Positions 31,788 through 44,969 of a DNA stretch of 64,000 nucleotides are shown here, piece after piece. The notes below the pieces were generated by a model that saw only the letters and a list, made by a program, of their open reading frames with translations, made no database searches and had not been told where the DNA came from. Position 1 is the stretch's first letter. Every line of letters starts with the position of its first letter. The position numbers and the translations under genes are program-made. The stretch comes from the human T2T-CHM13v2.0 reference genome, Homo sapiens: assembly GCA_009914755.4 (NCBI GenBank), contig CP068257.2, positions 34,976,001 through 35,040,000 on the forward strand. The letters run 5' to 3'.

Positions 31788-34199
31788 TCATTGAGATTTA
31801 TCATCTCCAGGTCAGGAAAGTGGGCTTCAGCTTTTCCCAACTTTTTTTTTTTAATCACAAAATCCACAGAACCATCTGAGGAGCAGCATATGGGGTTGGT
31901 GTTCCCAGGAACACACTTTGGGAAACACAGCAGCACCACACCAGCAAGTCAGATGGACTTACTGCACCACAGGCAACATGAGACTCAAGTTTTAGGTTGC
32001 TATAAGGAATGTTTTAAAATAACATAACCTTCATATAAATTCTTCACAGCTTAGAAATAGACACAGCTTTCATTTTTAGAAAGTTCCCATTACTTTGTAA
32101 GGCCATCATTAATTTTGATTATTTTTTCCATTTTTATTTCTTTTTAGTTGCAGCTGAAAATGTAATAAATGTAATGAAACAGATATTCATAAAGTCATTG
32201 GTGGATGAATCATGGGGATCTGGATAATGTTTTTGTCTATGACAGCCTTTATTTCTTTAATAAAAACAACAAATATCACAAATCACTTCTCAACAATAAA
32301 AATATGTTTTCACAAAGCAAAAACCTACGTTTTGCTGTGATAATGGCAGCACATCTGTCATTCTCAACACATCTTAAACAGTCGTACATGGCGTGTGGTT
32401 GGGGCCATGGGACTCTTCTGAAAAAGGCTACAAGAATTAGGTCATCTCAAATCATTAGGGTATTTTTTTCCATGATGATTATTTTGAGTTGTAACATATG
32501 TTAAATTAAAATAAACTTTATATGGCTTTGGATTTCCCCAAATCTTTCAAAAAGTAAAATCCTATTCAAATGGCTCAAAAATAATACTGTAAAATATACT
32601 CCAGTCCCCCTTTAAGAGTTTTCTGATATACTGGAATAGACTTAGAAACTGTGGCCAGAAGGGTCGGCTCTTTTTGCCCGCTTCTTAGGCAGGTGTTTCC
32701 ACAGATCACAAGCTTCTGGTTAAAAGAGGCCTGAAGACCACTGACCTGCTCCCTGTGGGCCTGAGTCCTCTCCTCTTCGTCCCTCCAGGTCACCACACAG
32801 GCCCTGGGGACAGGTACAGCTCACAGCTAGGAAGTCATGATCCCAGGATTCAAACCCCATCTTTGTGTAACTGCACAGCCAGTGCCCTAATACTCTCCAG
32901 TTTTACCCGAGAGTTTCAGTGGCAAGGCTTGGGCCTCAATTGTGTTTCCACCAAGGTGGAAAATTTTCTGCTGGAAACAGTTATGAGTACAGTTAAGAGT
33001 CCCCCACCTGACCACGTGGGACAGGTCAGGTGATACAAAGTTGTCCTTTATGTGGGACCAAAATGTACTTCCCTTCAGTCTCTGTTGAGGGAGGAGGAAT
33101 GAGTCTAATTCCTGTATCCTGTGACTGTCCCTTCAAATATTTCAAGACTGTCATCTTCCTCCCCAGTCTTCTCTTCCACAGACCAAACAACCTTCAGCTC
33201 CTATGCGGCACCTGGCATGAATGCTTCTGAGGCTCTGCAGCTGCTGGAGGCGGACATTGGCCTAAAGGAGCCCATGAGTCCATGATGCCAAGACTGGGCA
33301 GGGACACCCAAGAGCTGTTTCTACTCTAGGAAATGGGGTGAGTGGAGGACAGGGGTGTCAGAGCCTCATGGGGCAGCAGGGCCTGTCTCCCTCATTGCCT
33401 TGATTGTGCCCTATGACTGTGTCCCCATACTGCCATGGAGATGGGACAGGACCCTAGCCCAACCTCTGTGTCTCTGTGGCCTTTCTACCCAGTGCCAAAC
33501 CAGATGATGTGTTTAAATATGTAGATGACCAGCATAATGGAGACATGTCCTGAGTTATATACGTAAAACCCTGCAACATAATGAGAAATACATGTTCGTC
33601 ATTGTAACTGTGGAGAATGTGGGGCCGTTTGTTCCTGCGGTAATGCTGACTAATACACCAACTAAGATTCCTCCCAGAAATATGTGCAGCCACCCACGGC
33701 TTAACAATGGGGATGTGATCTGAGAAACTTGTCATTAGGAAATTTCATCATTGTTCAAACATCATGGAGTGACTTACACCAACCTAGATGGTGTAGGCTA
33801 CTACACACCTAGGTTACATGGTAGAGCATTTTGCTCCTAGGCTACAAACCTGTGCAGCATGCTACTGTACTGAATACTGCAGACAACTGTAGCACAATGG
33901 TAAGCATCTGTGTATCTCAACCTAGAAAAGGTACAGAAAAAATACAGTATTATAATATTATGGGATCACCATCATATATGCGGTCCATTGTTGGCCAAAC
34001 CATTGTTATGTGGCAAAAGGCTGTACATATATAAAATGTGTGTGTAGATACACACACACACACACACACAGAGCATTTTGATAAGACACATAGATTTGCA
34101 TATAATTTCTATTATCGTTCCAGAATGAAGTGGTTTGCCATTTTTATTAGTAGTTTACTCTAAACTAAATCCAACATTTCAGTTTGTTTTTCTGATCAG

Positions 34200-35450
34200 A
34201 TTGAAAATATATTTAAAATATTATAAATCTTTTAGACTTGTCAAAAGAAAAGTGCAGTGAAATTCGTTTCACCAGATCACGAACATCTTCAAATAACCCT
34301 GGGGCTCTTTTTCTTCTCAGCATTCTCTTCCCTATCCCATCCAATCCTGCTTCTACGGCAGGTAAGAGAAAGGATAAAAACAGGTTGAGGAAAGGGTTCA
34401 GTCTGTCATTCATTTACGTCTGGGGCTGCCAGGAAAGCTGGCTGGTTTTCCTTCTGCTCTGTGAGCTGAGAGGCCTGGCGTTCCCACACTCCACACCTGA
34501 ATGAGCCAGGGGGGCCTCCGCTAATTGCCTGGGTCCCTCGCCTCCTGGCCTCGTTGGTGAACAGTAAGCCATTGTTTTGTAAGGGAGAAAAATAACCTTT
34601 TAATGAATGCGTGCACATCGCCCCAGCCCCCTACCCAGCATCCTGTGCCCAGGGTTTCATCCTAGAAGACACTCCAGGGAACGAAGTGCAATGGTGCCAG
34701 GTGGCCCCACAGAGCCTCCTCACTCCTGCAGGCATCCATCTGAAATTGGACTTCATGGGCCAGGACTTCAAGGTGAACTAAAAGTAACAAGCAAAAGCCA
34801 CTTGCCTCTTCTCTGCTTGAGGGGAAGTCGACCATAGAGTCAATTCGTCCCTTCGCTGATTTACTGGCTATCACAACAAACACCCTGAAATACATTCCGG
34901 AATATTATCATTGCCGCAGCATCTGCTCTGCTCTGCCAGCAAACACGACTCCCCAAAGCCACGCCAGGGCGTCACCTACTCTCCTACCTCTGCACATCCA
35001 TTATATTTTTGTAACGGCAAAGGGTGCAAAAAGCAAACAGTGTGAGCTGGGCGCATGTTTTTCTAACAGGGCAGTAAGAAAATACTTGCTACCTGAGATA
35101 TTTCTGTAAGTCAGTGAAGCACGCCATTCAACATGTGGGTTGCATTATCCTCTGAGTTGAGCCTGGCTTTCTAACTCACACTAAACAGGCGTCTGCCAGG
35201 GCTGAGTTTAATAAAAACTGCAACTTTCGCTAGTTAATGCATATAGGCAATAAAGATTCAGGCATCCCGAGTGCTTAAGAACAGGCTAATTGCTGTGCAC
35301 TCTGTCCCTAAATGAGGGTTGTCCCCAAAAAACAGCAGAGAGACAATGACCCTGTGAGCATCCACTAGGACCAGCCTGTGATGCAAGCTTTTGAAGCATC
35401 CACACGTGATGTGCGTCAAGCTTCTGAAGCTACGCTCCTGAGGAAGGCTT
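34200..35450. promoter_or_regulatory. Candidate conserved non-coding (enhancer-like) element: unique, moderately AT-rich DNA with about 2x background CpG retention and dense TAAT/ATTA motifs
   Basis: No repeat similarity. About 30 CpGs in about 1.25 kb at roughly 45% GC (cgtttc, tacggc, tacgtc, ccgcta, gtcgac, ccggaa, ccgcag, acgccagggcgtc, aacggc, gcgcat, aggcgtc, ttcgct, cccgag, cacgtg..). Homeobox-like motifs ctaattgcc, gctaattgctg, ttaatgaatg, ttaatgcatat. Confidence 0.3.
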
Positions 35451-35840
35451 TGTGCAGCTCAGACTTCCCCACCATCTGCTAACCATGCCCTGCGATGGTT
35501 TCCATCCTAAGTGGATTTATGTTCCATCCCTTCATGATGCTTGCCTACAAGGAAGGCTGTATTATTTGGAATGTATTATTTGGGTCCTGGACTGTATTAT
35601 TTGGGTCCTAGAGTTTTTTCAACATGTTCATGTTGATGGTTATGTCCTTTGATTTCACTGAGGTCATTACAAGAAGCGTCTAGATGAAGATGATTAAGAA
35701 GCTTCTGCATTGGAACTGACGTCGTTTCGTTATCAAGGGTGCCCCTCGTTTTGTCACCCAGGGAGCCCAGTAGATGGTCCAACAAAAAAAAAATTTTTAA
35801 CATAATGCCAGGAGAGAAATGCCCTTAAAAATGATTAAGT

Positions 35841-36165
35841 GGCCAGGCGCGGTGGCTCATGCCTGTAATCCCAGCACTTTGGAAGGCCGAGGTGGGTGGA
35901 TCACGAGGTCAGGAGATCGAGACCATCCTGGCTAACACGGGGAAACCCCTTCTCTAACTAAAAACACAAAAAATTAGCCGGGCATGGTAGCGGGCACCTG
36001 CAGTTCCAGCTACTCGGGAGGCTGAGGCAGGAGAATGGCATGAACTCCGGGAGGCAGAGCTTGCAGTGAGCGGAGATCGCGCCACTGCACTCCAGCCTGG
36101 GTGACAGAGCGAGACTCCATCTCAAAAAAAAAAAAAAAAAGAAAAAGAAAAAGAAAGAAAGAAAG
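35841..36165 (+). mobile_element. Alu SINE (AluY/S-like) with a long (A)n(GAAA)n tail
   Basis: ggccaggcgcggtggctcatgcctgtaatcccagcactttggaaggccgaggtgggtggatcacgaggtcaggagatcgagaccatcctggctaacacgg.. Confidence 0.95.
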
Positions 36166-36236
36166 CGGCAACTTCCCCACTCAATCTTGGGAAATGAGGG
36201 GACAGGTAGCCCTATTTTCTGTAAGAAATAGTTTCT

Positions 36237-36535
36237 GGGCCAGGCACCTTGGCTCTCACCTGTAATTCTAGCACTTAGGAAGGCTGAGGCGGGAAGATGA
36301 CTTGAGCCCAGGAGTTTGAGATCAGCCTGGGCAACATAGTGAGACCGTGTCTCTATAAAAAAATTTGAAACTTAGCCAGGTGTGGTAGCATGAGCCTATG
36401 ATCCCAGCCACTCCAGAGGCTGAAATGGGAGGATCACTTGAGGCCAGGAGTTGGAGGCTGCAGTGAGCTATGATCATGCCACTGCACTCCAGCATGGATG
36501 ACAAAAAAAAAAAAAAAAAAGAAAGAAAATAAGAA
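36237..36535 (+). mobile_element. Alu SINE (AluJ-like)
   Basis: Diverged forward Alu (..ggccaggcaccttggctctcacctgtaattctagcacttaggaaggctgaggcgggaagatgacttgagcccaggagtttgagatcagcctgggcaacatagtgagaccgtgtctc..). Confidence 0.9.
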
Positions 36536-37957
36536 TACATTCTCACTCACCCCTCCTCCAGAATATATATTTTTTTAAATTCCTAGTTAGAAACTCCAAG
36601 CTGTCACTGATTTAAAAGAAAAACAGTTGCTGGGAGATACACAGCTTGCTAAAGCAGAAGTCTTTCAAAATGTCACTAAAATATGAGAGTTTCCTCTAGT
36701 TATTTGGTTTCCGCCAAATAGCTAACCTATTGCCAGCTGCACACAGGAGTTAGAAAAAGGTTACAATTCATCCCACCCGATTTGAGATTTTTCCAGTTAA
36801 AGACATGGCGAGGTAGAAAGACCAAGTCCCTTGTGATGTTAGATGGTCCTGGGGTACCATTGGACTGGCCGAGTCTAATCCCTGCTCCGCCCTTAGTAGC
36901 TCTACAGCCATGGGGATGGAGCTTATCCTCTTGGCCCCCCTTTCCTTATCTTTGAAACCAGAGATATGTCTTAGATGATCTCAATGTCTCCCCTTTTTCT
37001 GAAGCCTATTACAACCTTGTGGAACCAACCATTCCTAGGGTCGCATGAGCTCGCCTTTCCTAAGGGGAATATTGAAAAGCATCCACCAGGGGGCGCCTGA
37101 TCCGCTTCAGGCGGTGGCACCGGACTGGATTAACCCTGCAGACAGGTGAGGTGACCCCAGCTTTCCCATCCAGCCCTGGAAGGATTCCGGATGTCCGGGG
37201 ATGTGACAGCCTCCCAGGGATTAGGCTAGAATCACACCATCTCCGCTACCAACCTGTTTTGCAATTTATTGACGCCTCTGAGCAGCTGGTCTGGATGACT
37301 CTATTTTCGGAAATTTCTGGCGTTTGGGGCCAGCTGTCTATGGGGGAAACATCTTTTCAGTACGCTCACGTATATGATTCAGTTGCAGGCAAGAATCTGG
37401 GAGCTGCTGGAAGCTGGGGGGAAAAGTCTCTGACTCTTGCCTTCAACCCCTGGCCACTGAGAAGTGGGACTGCAGCTAGTATGGCCCCCATAGCTATTGA
37501 AATGCCCGAGACACGTCAGTGTCTAAACATCTCTCAGACCACCCCTTCCACTTGGATGAACAACAGCCATCCTTTGAGAGCAGTGTGGTTCAGAAGCCAC
37601 ACCCTTAGTGCCTACATATTCAGGTTGGAGAACAGGTCTGCAGCCAGCCCTCAGCAGATACAGGGCCAGCTTGGAGGATAGGCTGACCAAAGAACTGAGA
37701 AGACTTATTTGGTCTCCATCACAGTTCTTGGAGAAGATGGAAAAAAGCGGGGTGGTTGAGCACCTGACATTCAAAATTGACCTACGTTGAGTGTTTGAGT
37801 TGTGAAAACCCATTAACAAGAAGGCGAATGTTTGGCTTTTTGCTGCCACAGATAAGGGCAGCTTAGGAGAGTTGCACTTTTTACCATACCCTGGAATAAA
37901 AATAACCTATCTGTCTATATCATAGACAGACCAGTTTGGGGTTTTATCCTTTAGTGT

Positions 37958-38254
37958 TTTGTTTTTTTTTTTTTGAGACAGAGTCTCACTCCACCTGCGC
38001 TGGAGTATGGTGGTGTAATCACTGCGCCCTGCAGCCTCAACCTCCCGGGCTCAGGTGATTCCCCCACCTCAGCCGCCCGTGTAGCGGGGACTACAGGTGC
38101 ATGCCACCATGCCTGGCTAATTTCTGTATTTTTTGTAGATATGGGGTTTTACCATATTGCCCAGGCTGTTCTTGAACTCCTGGCCTCAAGCAATCTGCCC
38201 ATCGTGGCCTCCCAAAGTGCTGAGATTACAGGAGTGAACCACTGGGCCTGTCCC
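37958..38254 (-). mobile_element. Alu SINE
   Basis: T-run followed by the reverse complement of the Alu consensus (..gagacagagtctcactccacctgcgctggagtatggtggtgtaatcactgcgccctgcagcctcaacctcccgggctcaggtgattccc..). Confidence 0.9.
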
Positions 38255-40308
38255 TCCTTTGATGATCTGGATTAACCTGCCAACAGTCTGTCTTTTCCTG
38301 TAAGTCTGAAAAAAGCCACATCCTAACCCTGAAAGGGAGATCAGGTCTACAGGACTTGTGGGTGTTTTTTCCAATGCTGCCTTCTTCCCCCACCCTCTGC
38401 CTCCCATTCCAGGTGGGAAACGTGCTGGCAGGGTGACTTCTCTGGATTATAAACTCCGTGCCCTCACAGCTCTGAAGACTCAGTAGCCAGCACTAACATT
38501 GGTGAGGGGTGAAGAGCTGCTAACTGATGCTTATTATGTCTGAGCGCCAGGAACTTACAAGAAAAGTGGCCCCTGCTTCTCCCGGAACTGATGGTTCAAA
38601 GAAGCCAGCAGTCAGGCTGACAGCAGTCCTGCCAAACCTTCTCTCAGATGCAGGCTGTCCCTAAATGATAACAAGCTCCTGGAGGATCTGGGATGCCAGG
38701 ATGACTGAATGCTCCTGTCCTCTCTCAAACCATCCAGCAAAGGGGCCGAGAGCTGTTTCCTCACCCAGTAATGCAGGCAAAATGCTGCATGAACTGGACA
38801 GAATTCATGAGGGTGTTCTGGTTGGAACTATCTGAATAATAACTGCTCCGGGACTGTGGGTTGTTTGATATTTTATTTCCTAAGAAGGGTAGGGGAAAAC
38901 ATGTAGGGACCCAATGTCTTGGTCCCAAAAGATAAACCCATCGTGGGGCCTGTGAAAGAAGAATGACATCCTTATCTCAGGCTGTTCTTGGACTCTTCAT
39001 CACAGGGTGTCTGAGCCTGTGTGGATAAAATGTTCTGGAATAATGGGGCCGCTCTTTCCTTCCCCACCCCCATCCAACTGTGAAACAAGTTGTCATCTCA
39101 GAAGTGCCACAGAAGGGGGTGGCCTCCTGATCCACTTCCCGACTGACCTCACAGCCTCCAAGTCCTGGCTGAAGATTCCAGGTGGTAACTGCAGGGGCTG
39201 GACAGGAATGGTGCAGGTCTGAGCATGTGCACACTGACAGCTGTGAGCGATGGGGGACCCTGGCCATGCAGAAGAGGCACCTGCTGCCACCACACCCTGT
39301 GGGGAAGTGGGTGTGGGGAGGAAGAAAAGGGAAACATCCTTCTTGGTGGCAACTTCATAGCACCAGTCCCAGGATGAGTGGAGATGGCCACTACACAGTC
39401 TCCAAGTGACAGGAGCAGAGTCTGGCCACACGAGTCCCATCAGGAGAATGTGGCCCCGCAGGGCCTTGGCCCATCCACTCTTACCCCAGACCTCCTGGGA
39501 ACTGCACAGGGCCAATCTTACATCAACCTGTAAAGACCCCTTGGCCACTTCCTGGGAAGGAGGACTGGGGCAAGTCACCGAATATCTCTTGACTTCACCT
39601 TCTCTTGCACAACAGGAAACATCAGAGCCACTTTTGTTATTGTAAACATTGAATGCATGGAGCATGTAAAGGTCCTTCCTAGAGTAGGATAAATGGGAGA
39701 CTTCCTTCTTCAAAGGCTTCACTGTTTCTTAAAGCTGAGTCCTCCTGGCTCAAAGAGAGCAAAGATAAAGGAATTAGGAGCAGCCTCTCTCAAGCCAAAA
39801 CTTACCCTTTTGCATTGATTGCTTCTGTAACAAATTCAAGTATCCCTATTGGCAAATAGATATTTTGGGCAGACTAAAGCAAAGATAACCAACAATGCAA
39901 GACTTCACATTTTAAATTGTTTCAAATGTTAAAGCTACCAGCCCAAGACCACCAGGAACACACTTGTCAAACACAGTGAGTTGCATTAGCTTGCAAGGGA
40001 GCACACACTGGGGAGCTATAGACTTCTCAAATAAGGACAGTCAGGAAGGGTATCATTATGGGAACTAGCAGGGGATGTGGGGTCATTCTTGGGAGGACTG
40101 GTCAACTTGTAAACAAGGTGAGTTGCTGGGACAGCATCTTTCCTTTAGAATACATGCAGTACACTTAAGCCTGTGCCGTTACTGTGAGATCAGCGTGCCC
40201 ATGGTCTTCTTGAGAACATAGCCATCTGAATAAGGGTGAAGTTAGTTCAGGCTGCTTTAACAAAATGCTATAAATTGGGTGGTCTATAAATGACAGAAAT
40301 TTATTTCT

Positions 40309-40608
<300 letters not shown>

Positions 40609-40739
40609 CTAGAGACTGAGAAGTCCAAAATCAAGGCATAGGCAGATGCCATGTCTGGTGAGGTCCTGATTTCTGGTTCTTAGGTGATGCCTTCTTTCTG
40701 TGTCCTCACATGGTAGAAGGGGCTGCCTTGCTCTAGGGG

Positions 40740-40915
40740 TGGAGAGGGAACAGTTGTCTTTTAAAAGGGCACCAATCCCATTCATGAGGACTTTCCCCCA
40801 AAACGCCCCCCCACCATGACTTAATCACCTTCCAAAGACCCCACCTCCCAATACCATCACCTTTGGGGTTAGGATTTTAACATATGCATTTTGGAAAGAC
40901 ACAAACATTCAGACC
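40740..40915 (-). mobile_element. ERVL-MaLR LTR 5'-end fragment in reverse orientation
   Basis: ..cttaatcaccttccaaagaccccacctcccaataccatcacctttggggttaggattttaacatatgcattttggaaagacacaaacattcagaccctaaca is the reverse complement of the start of the LTR family seen at 20427 (tgctatgg.ctgaatgtttgtgtc.cccaaaattcatatgttgaaa.cctaa.ccc.a..gtgatggtattaggaggtgggg..). Confidence 0.65.
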
Positions 40916-41249
40916 CTAACAATGAGCTTAGATAGTTTGTCTTGAATGTCATGGTTTGGTACAGTTTATTGTTTGAGAGTTTTATTGCTTGGGAGTTTTT
41001 ATACCACAGTTTTGCAAGCTGAGGCTTCTGTTTCAATTGTTTCCTTTTGCAGCCTAGACTCCAGTAGATTCATTTTTTTAACTTTATTACACCTGATTTT
41101 CAAACTATTGCATATTAAAATTATAGGGCCTTTTCCTGATTTATCAACTTTAGAACACAATCTATTAACTTATAGCTATGAAAGATGGGTGATTTGCTTA
41201 TCTGTAATACTATCCACCCAGCACCTCCAACTTCACCTAATTTTTGTTT

Positions 41250-41567
41250 TATTTTAGTTTTTGTTTTTTTTTTTTTTGTTTTTTTTTTGAGATGGAGTCT
41301 CACTCTGTTGCCCAGGCTGGAGTGCAGTGGCATGATCTCGGCTCACTGCAAACTCAGCCTCCCGGGTTCATGCCATTCATGCCAGCCTCCCCAGCAGCTG
41401 GGACTACAGGCACATGCCGCCACGCCCATATAATTTTTTGTATTTTTAGTGGAGTTGGGGTTTTGCCGTGTTAGCCAGGCTGGTCTTGAACTCCTGGCCT
41501 CAAGCAACCTGCCTGTCTCAGCCTGCCAAAATGCTGGGGTTACAGGCGTGACTCACCACACCTGGCC
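41250..41567 (-). mobile_element. Alu SINE
   Basis: Long T-rich tail followed by the reverse complement of the Alu consensus (..gagatggagtctcactctgttgcccaggctggagtgcagtggcatgatctcggctcactgcaaactcagcctcccgggttcatgccattc..). Confidence 0.9.
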
Positions 41568-41600
41568 TGGTTTTTGTTCTTCTAATGATTATATTTATAA

Positions 41601-41826
41601 ATCTAAACCAGTGGTTCTTAGCCGGGGGCAATCTCCCTCTCCTCAGGGGGCATTTGGCAATGCCTGGAGACATATTTTGGTAGTTACAACTTGGGGAGTG
41701 CTATTGCCATCTAGTGAGTCCAGGCTGGCAATGTTGCTGAACATCCTACAATGCACAGGACAGCTCCCACAACAGAGAGCTATCCAGCCCAAATCTCAAT
41801 AGTGCCAAGGTTGAGAAGCCCTGCTT
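41601..41826 (-). mobile_element. MER33-like hAT non-autonomous DNA transposon, copy 2 of 3
   Basis: cagtggttcttagccgggggcaatctccctctcctcagggggcatttggcaatgcctggagacatattttggtagttacaacttggggagtgctattgccatctagtgagtccaggctggcaatgttgctgaacatcctacaatgcacaggacagctcccacaacagagagctatccagcccaaatctcaatagtgccaaggttgagaagccctg. A terminal inverted repeat is recognisable (cagtggttct..gagaa.c..tg). Confidence 0.7.
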
Positions 41827-44660
41827 TAAACAATATATTAAAATCTCTTGACCCACCAACTATAGATAATATCTGACTTTGGATCTATAATGAAGGACAT
41901 GACCCCTCTACTTCATTCCAAATCTTCCCTCTCTTTCCTCTCAACCTAGTCAAGATTTGAACATCTACATTCTACTTAGTAACAATAACTAAGAGTTTGG
42001 CCTCAAGGTTGGTTCTAAAAAGTGAAACCCAATAAACAGTATTCATAATACTATGATTATGCAAATATTGGTGTCTGTGAACTGTATGGTGACACTCAAT
42101 CCACCAAGAAAGAAATTTGATTTTTTGCCACCAACTTGGGACCCTCAAAGGAGACTGAACAGAAATGTTAAGGTCAACTGGATTCTCTTTTCTTACACTT
42201 CATGAGTAGTTCACATCATACCCTATTATATTTGGCTTCACATTTAAACCATGACATCTTTGCAGTTTCTTTATTTTGGTCATGCTTTAACTGTTGTCTT
42301 AAATGTTTGTTCACAAAGGAAGCAGATTGCTTCACCTCATCATATGATCATGTAGCTTCTTAATCATGCTGCTTGTTAAGAGAATCTGCTTTCTTTGTAA
42401 AGCTGTACTTCCTGAAAGCTGCTTTTGTTCTAATTTGGAATATTTGCTTTCTAGTTCTGCTGTGTGGCTCTCATCTTTCCTGCAGCTAAGTTCCCTTATT
42501 CCTGCAGCCAACTTCCTTTTGTTGGATCCTTTCTAGCTCCAAGAGGTCATGGTGGGCAAGTGCTAGGCTCTGGAGCTACACTCCCAGGTGCAACTTCTAG
42601 GGCCACCACAGAGTAGCTGCACAACTCTGAACAAGTTATCTGATCTTTCCATATCTGTTTCCTTATATATAAAATGAGATTGTGATGATAAAAATAGTAA
42701 CCCAACTCATAGGGTAGTTGTGAGGATGACGTTAGTTAATGTACATAAAGTGCTTAAAAACAGTGCCTGGCTTTTAGTAAGCCCTCAGTAAGTGCTAGCT
42801 ATTGTGGTCATTATTTTGCTGGAGCATATTCTTAAGTAATCTTTTCAGACAGAGTACCAGGAAGGTAAAACTTTTAGTCTTTTTATGCATGAGCTGCCAT
42901 TATTTTGTCTTCTCGTTTGATTGACAGATTGCTAGACATAAAGATCCATGGTTAAATCACTTACCTTCAGAACTTTGAAGGCATTATCCCACTGTTTTCT
43001 AGCATCCAGTGTTACTGATGAAGAATCCAATGCAAATCTGATATTCATCCCTTTGTAGGTGTTGGTTTTTTGTATTTGTGAGTTTTTAGGATCTTCTCTT
43101 TATGTCTAGTGTTCCGAAATCTCACAAAATTGTGCCCGGGGTGAAATTTAACCTGTTATACTTGTCCAGCATTTGGTGAACACTTTCTAGCTGATCCTTG
43201 TGTTTCTCTTCAGCTCTGGTACATTTTTAAAACTCCGGTAATTTCAAATCGATTATTTTTTTCTGAATATTTTCTCCTTTCAATTTTCCTCTTTTGTATT
43301 TGTGGGATTGCCATCTGATAAAATGCTGTACTTACTGAATTGGTCCTCCATGTCATCTACATTTTCTTTCTTATTTTCCAACTTTTTATTCCGGAAGATT
43401 TTGTTTACTTATCTTCCAAGCTTTTTATTAGAAGTTTTATTCTGGTAATAAAGTTTTTAATTTTCAAGAACTTTCTTATTCTCTAAGTGCTCTTTTTTTC
43501 AGAGCAACCATTCACATTTTATGAATGTAATATCTTCTAAGTTTTTTCTAAGAAACTTATTAGAGGTTCAGATAGGAATTTTGTTTTAAGTTCTTACCTG
43601 TTGCTTAATTACTCTATGCTTTCTCTGGCCTCAATTATTCTATTTATCCTCTTGGTCCTCTTATTTGGGGCCCTTTTTCCTTTAACGTATGGTGACCTTT
43701 GGTTGCCATTTGTATATGCACCAGTGACAGGACTGGTTAATACAGGTACTGTTACTGTGTAAGTCTGACCAACTGCTTGGATCGGCTAATTGGGAATTGT
43801 GACCCATTTGTTCTCTAGCATTTCATCTTCTCCCTGCATAGACCTCTTGCTCTTCTCTACTGGATTATTTCATGGGCAATGAGCCCATCCAACAGCTCCA
43901 GCAAGTCCATACCTATAGTGTGAGCTAGCTCAAGATATCTCTTCAAGGGCTTCATCAACACTGGGGCAAATCTCCAAAGATACCCCCTAGGTGCCAGGTT
44001 ATCACATTTCCTGAATGCCCAGTAGATACCTATCCCTGTCCAAAGTGTATACCAGCATTTTGTAGGCAGGGGGTTAGAAGCCCTGAAATTAAGACATCCA
44101 AGTAGCCCAGAGTAGCCTGTACAGTCTGCTGGTGCCTACATGTATAATCTTTCCAGATGAGCTGCAACCCAATTGACCAGGCAGTGGGGTCCATTTGAAA
44201 CAATGGGCGCTGATAAACCATTGTGGCAATGCCCAGAGTTATCAAGGCAGATGTTGGATCTTGAGACTTAAGGCGCTGTCATGGAACTTAACAATACGCC
44301 GTAGTCCTCAATTCATGTCTGAAGCATTAATGCTATTTTCATTTATTTCTGTCTTTCATATGCAGTGGGGTCTTAACAAATTGAGGCCTAGAGATGGACA
44401 GAAAGACTCCCAGGCACCAGAAAGCTATTTCTTGCAGCCACCACGTTGCTGTGATTAACGAAATAGTTGGATGCATTTTCCACTCAAAAGTGGCTACAGG
44501 GGGAACTGAGTGTGAGTTGTTCACTGTCAACTAACAGCACCATTAGAATTATGTTAAAGCTGAGCTAAGAGAAGCAAGAGAAAGGATGCTACTCAAGAAG
44601 AATCTTCTAGTGAAAGAGTGAAAACTTTATTGGTCTCAATGGCAGTGGTGAATCAAGGAC

Positions 44661-44969
44661 TTTTTTTTTTTTTTTTTTTTTTTTGAGATGGAGTCTCTCT
44701 CTGTCGCCCAGGCTGGAGTGCAATGGTGAGATCTTGGGGCTCACTGCAACCCCTGCCTCCTGGGTTCAAGCAATTCTCCTGCCTCAGCCTCCTGAGTAGC
44801 TGGGATTACAGGCACCCGCCACCACGCCCAGCTAATTTTTTGTATTTTTAGTAAAGACGAGGTTTCACCATGTTGGCCAGGCTGGTCTCGAACTCCTGAC
44901 CTCGGGGGATCCATCCGCCTCAGCCTCTCAAAGTGCTGGGATTACAGCCCTGAGCCACCGTGCCCGGCC
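44661..44969 (-). mobile_element. Alu SINE (AluS/Y-like) with a target-site duplication
   Basis: T27 tail followed by the reverse complement of the Alu consensus. Flanks caaggac (44654-44660) and caagaac (44970-44976). Confidence 0.9.

Noticed and set aside
37151-37681. 176-aa ORF in the CpG-dense unique block
   Set aside because: No recognisable motif. Competing ORFs lie on the opposite strand (37523-37849). Treated as non-coding; the block itself is kept as a finding.
39093-39722. 209-aa minus-strand ORF and overlapping ORFs at 38977-39645
   Set aside because: Several mutually overlapping ORFs in multiple frames in GC-moderate sequence. No domain signature. Most likely chance.
43000-44300. 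T-rich about 1.3 kb stretch that looked like a reverse-complement ancient LINE (L1M or L2) ORF2 region
   Set aside because: The similarity is impressionistic, based on composition and short words such as ..ttcttattttccaactttttattccggaag... I could not anchor it to a consensus from memory, so it is not reported as a feature.
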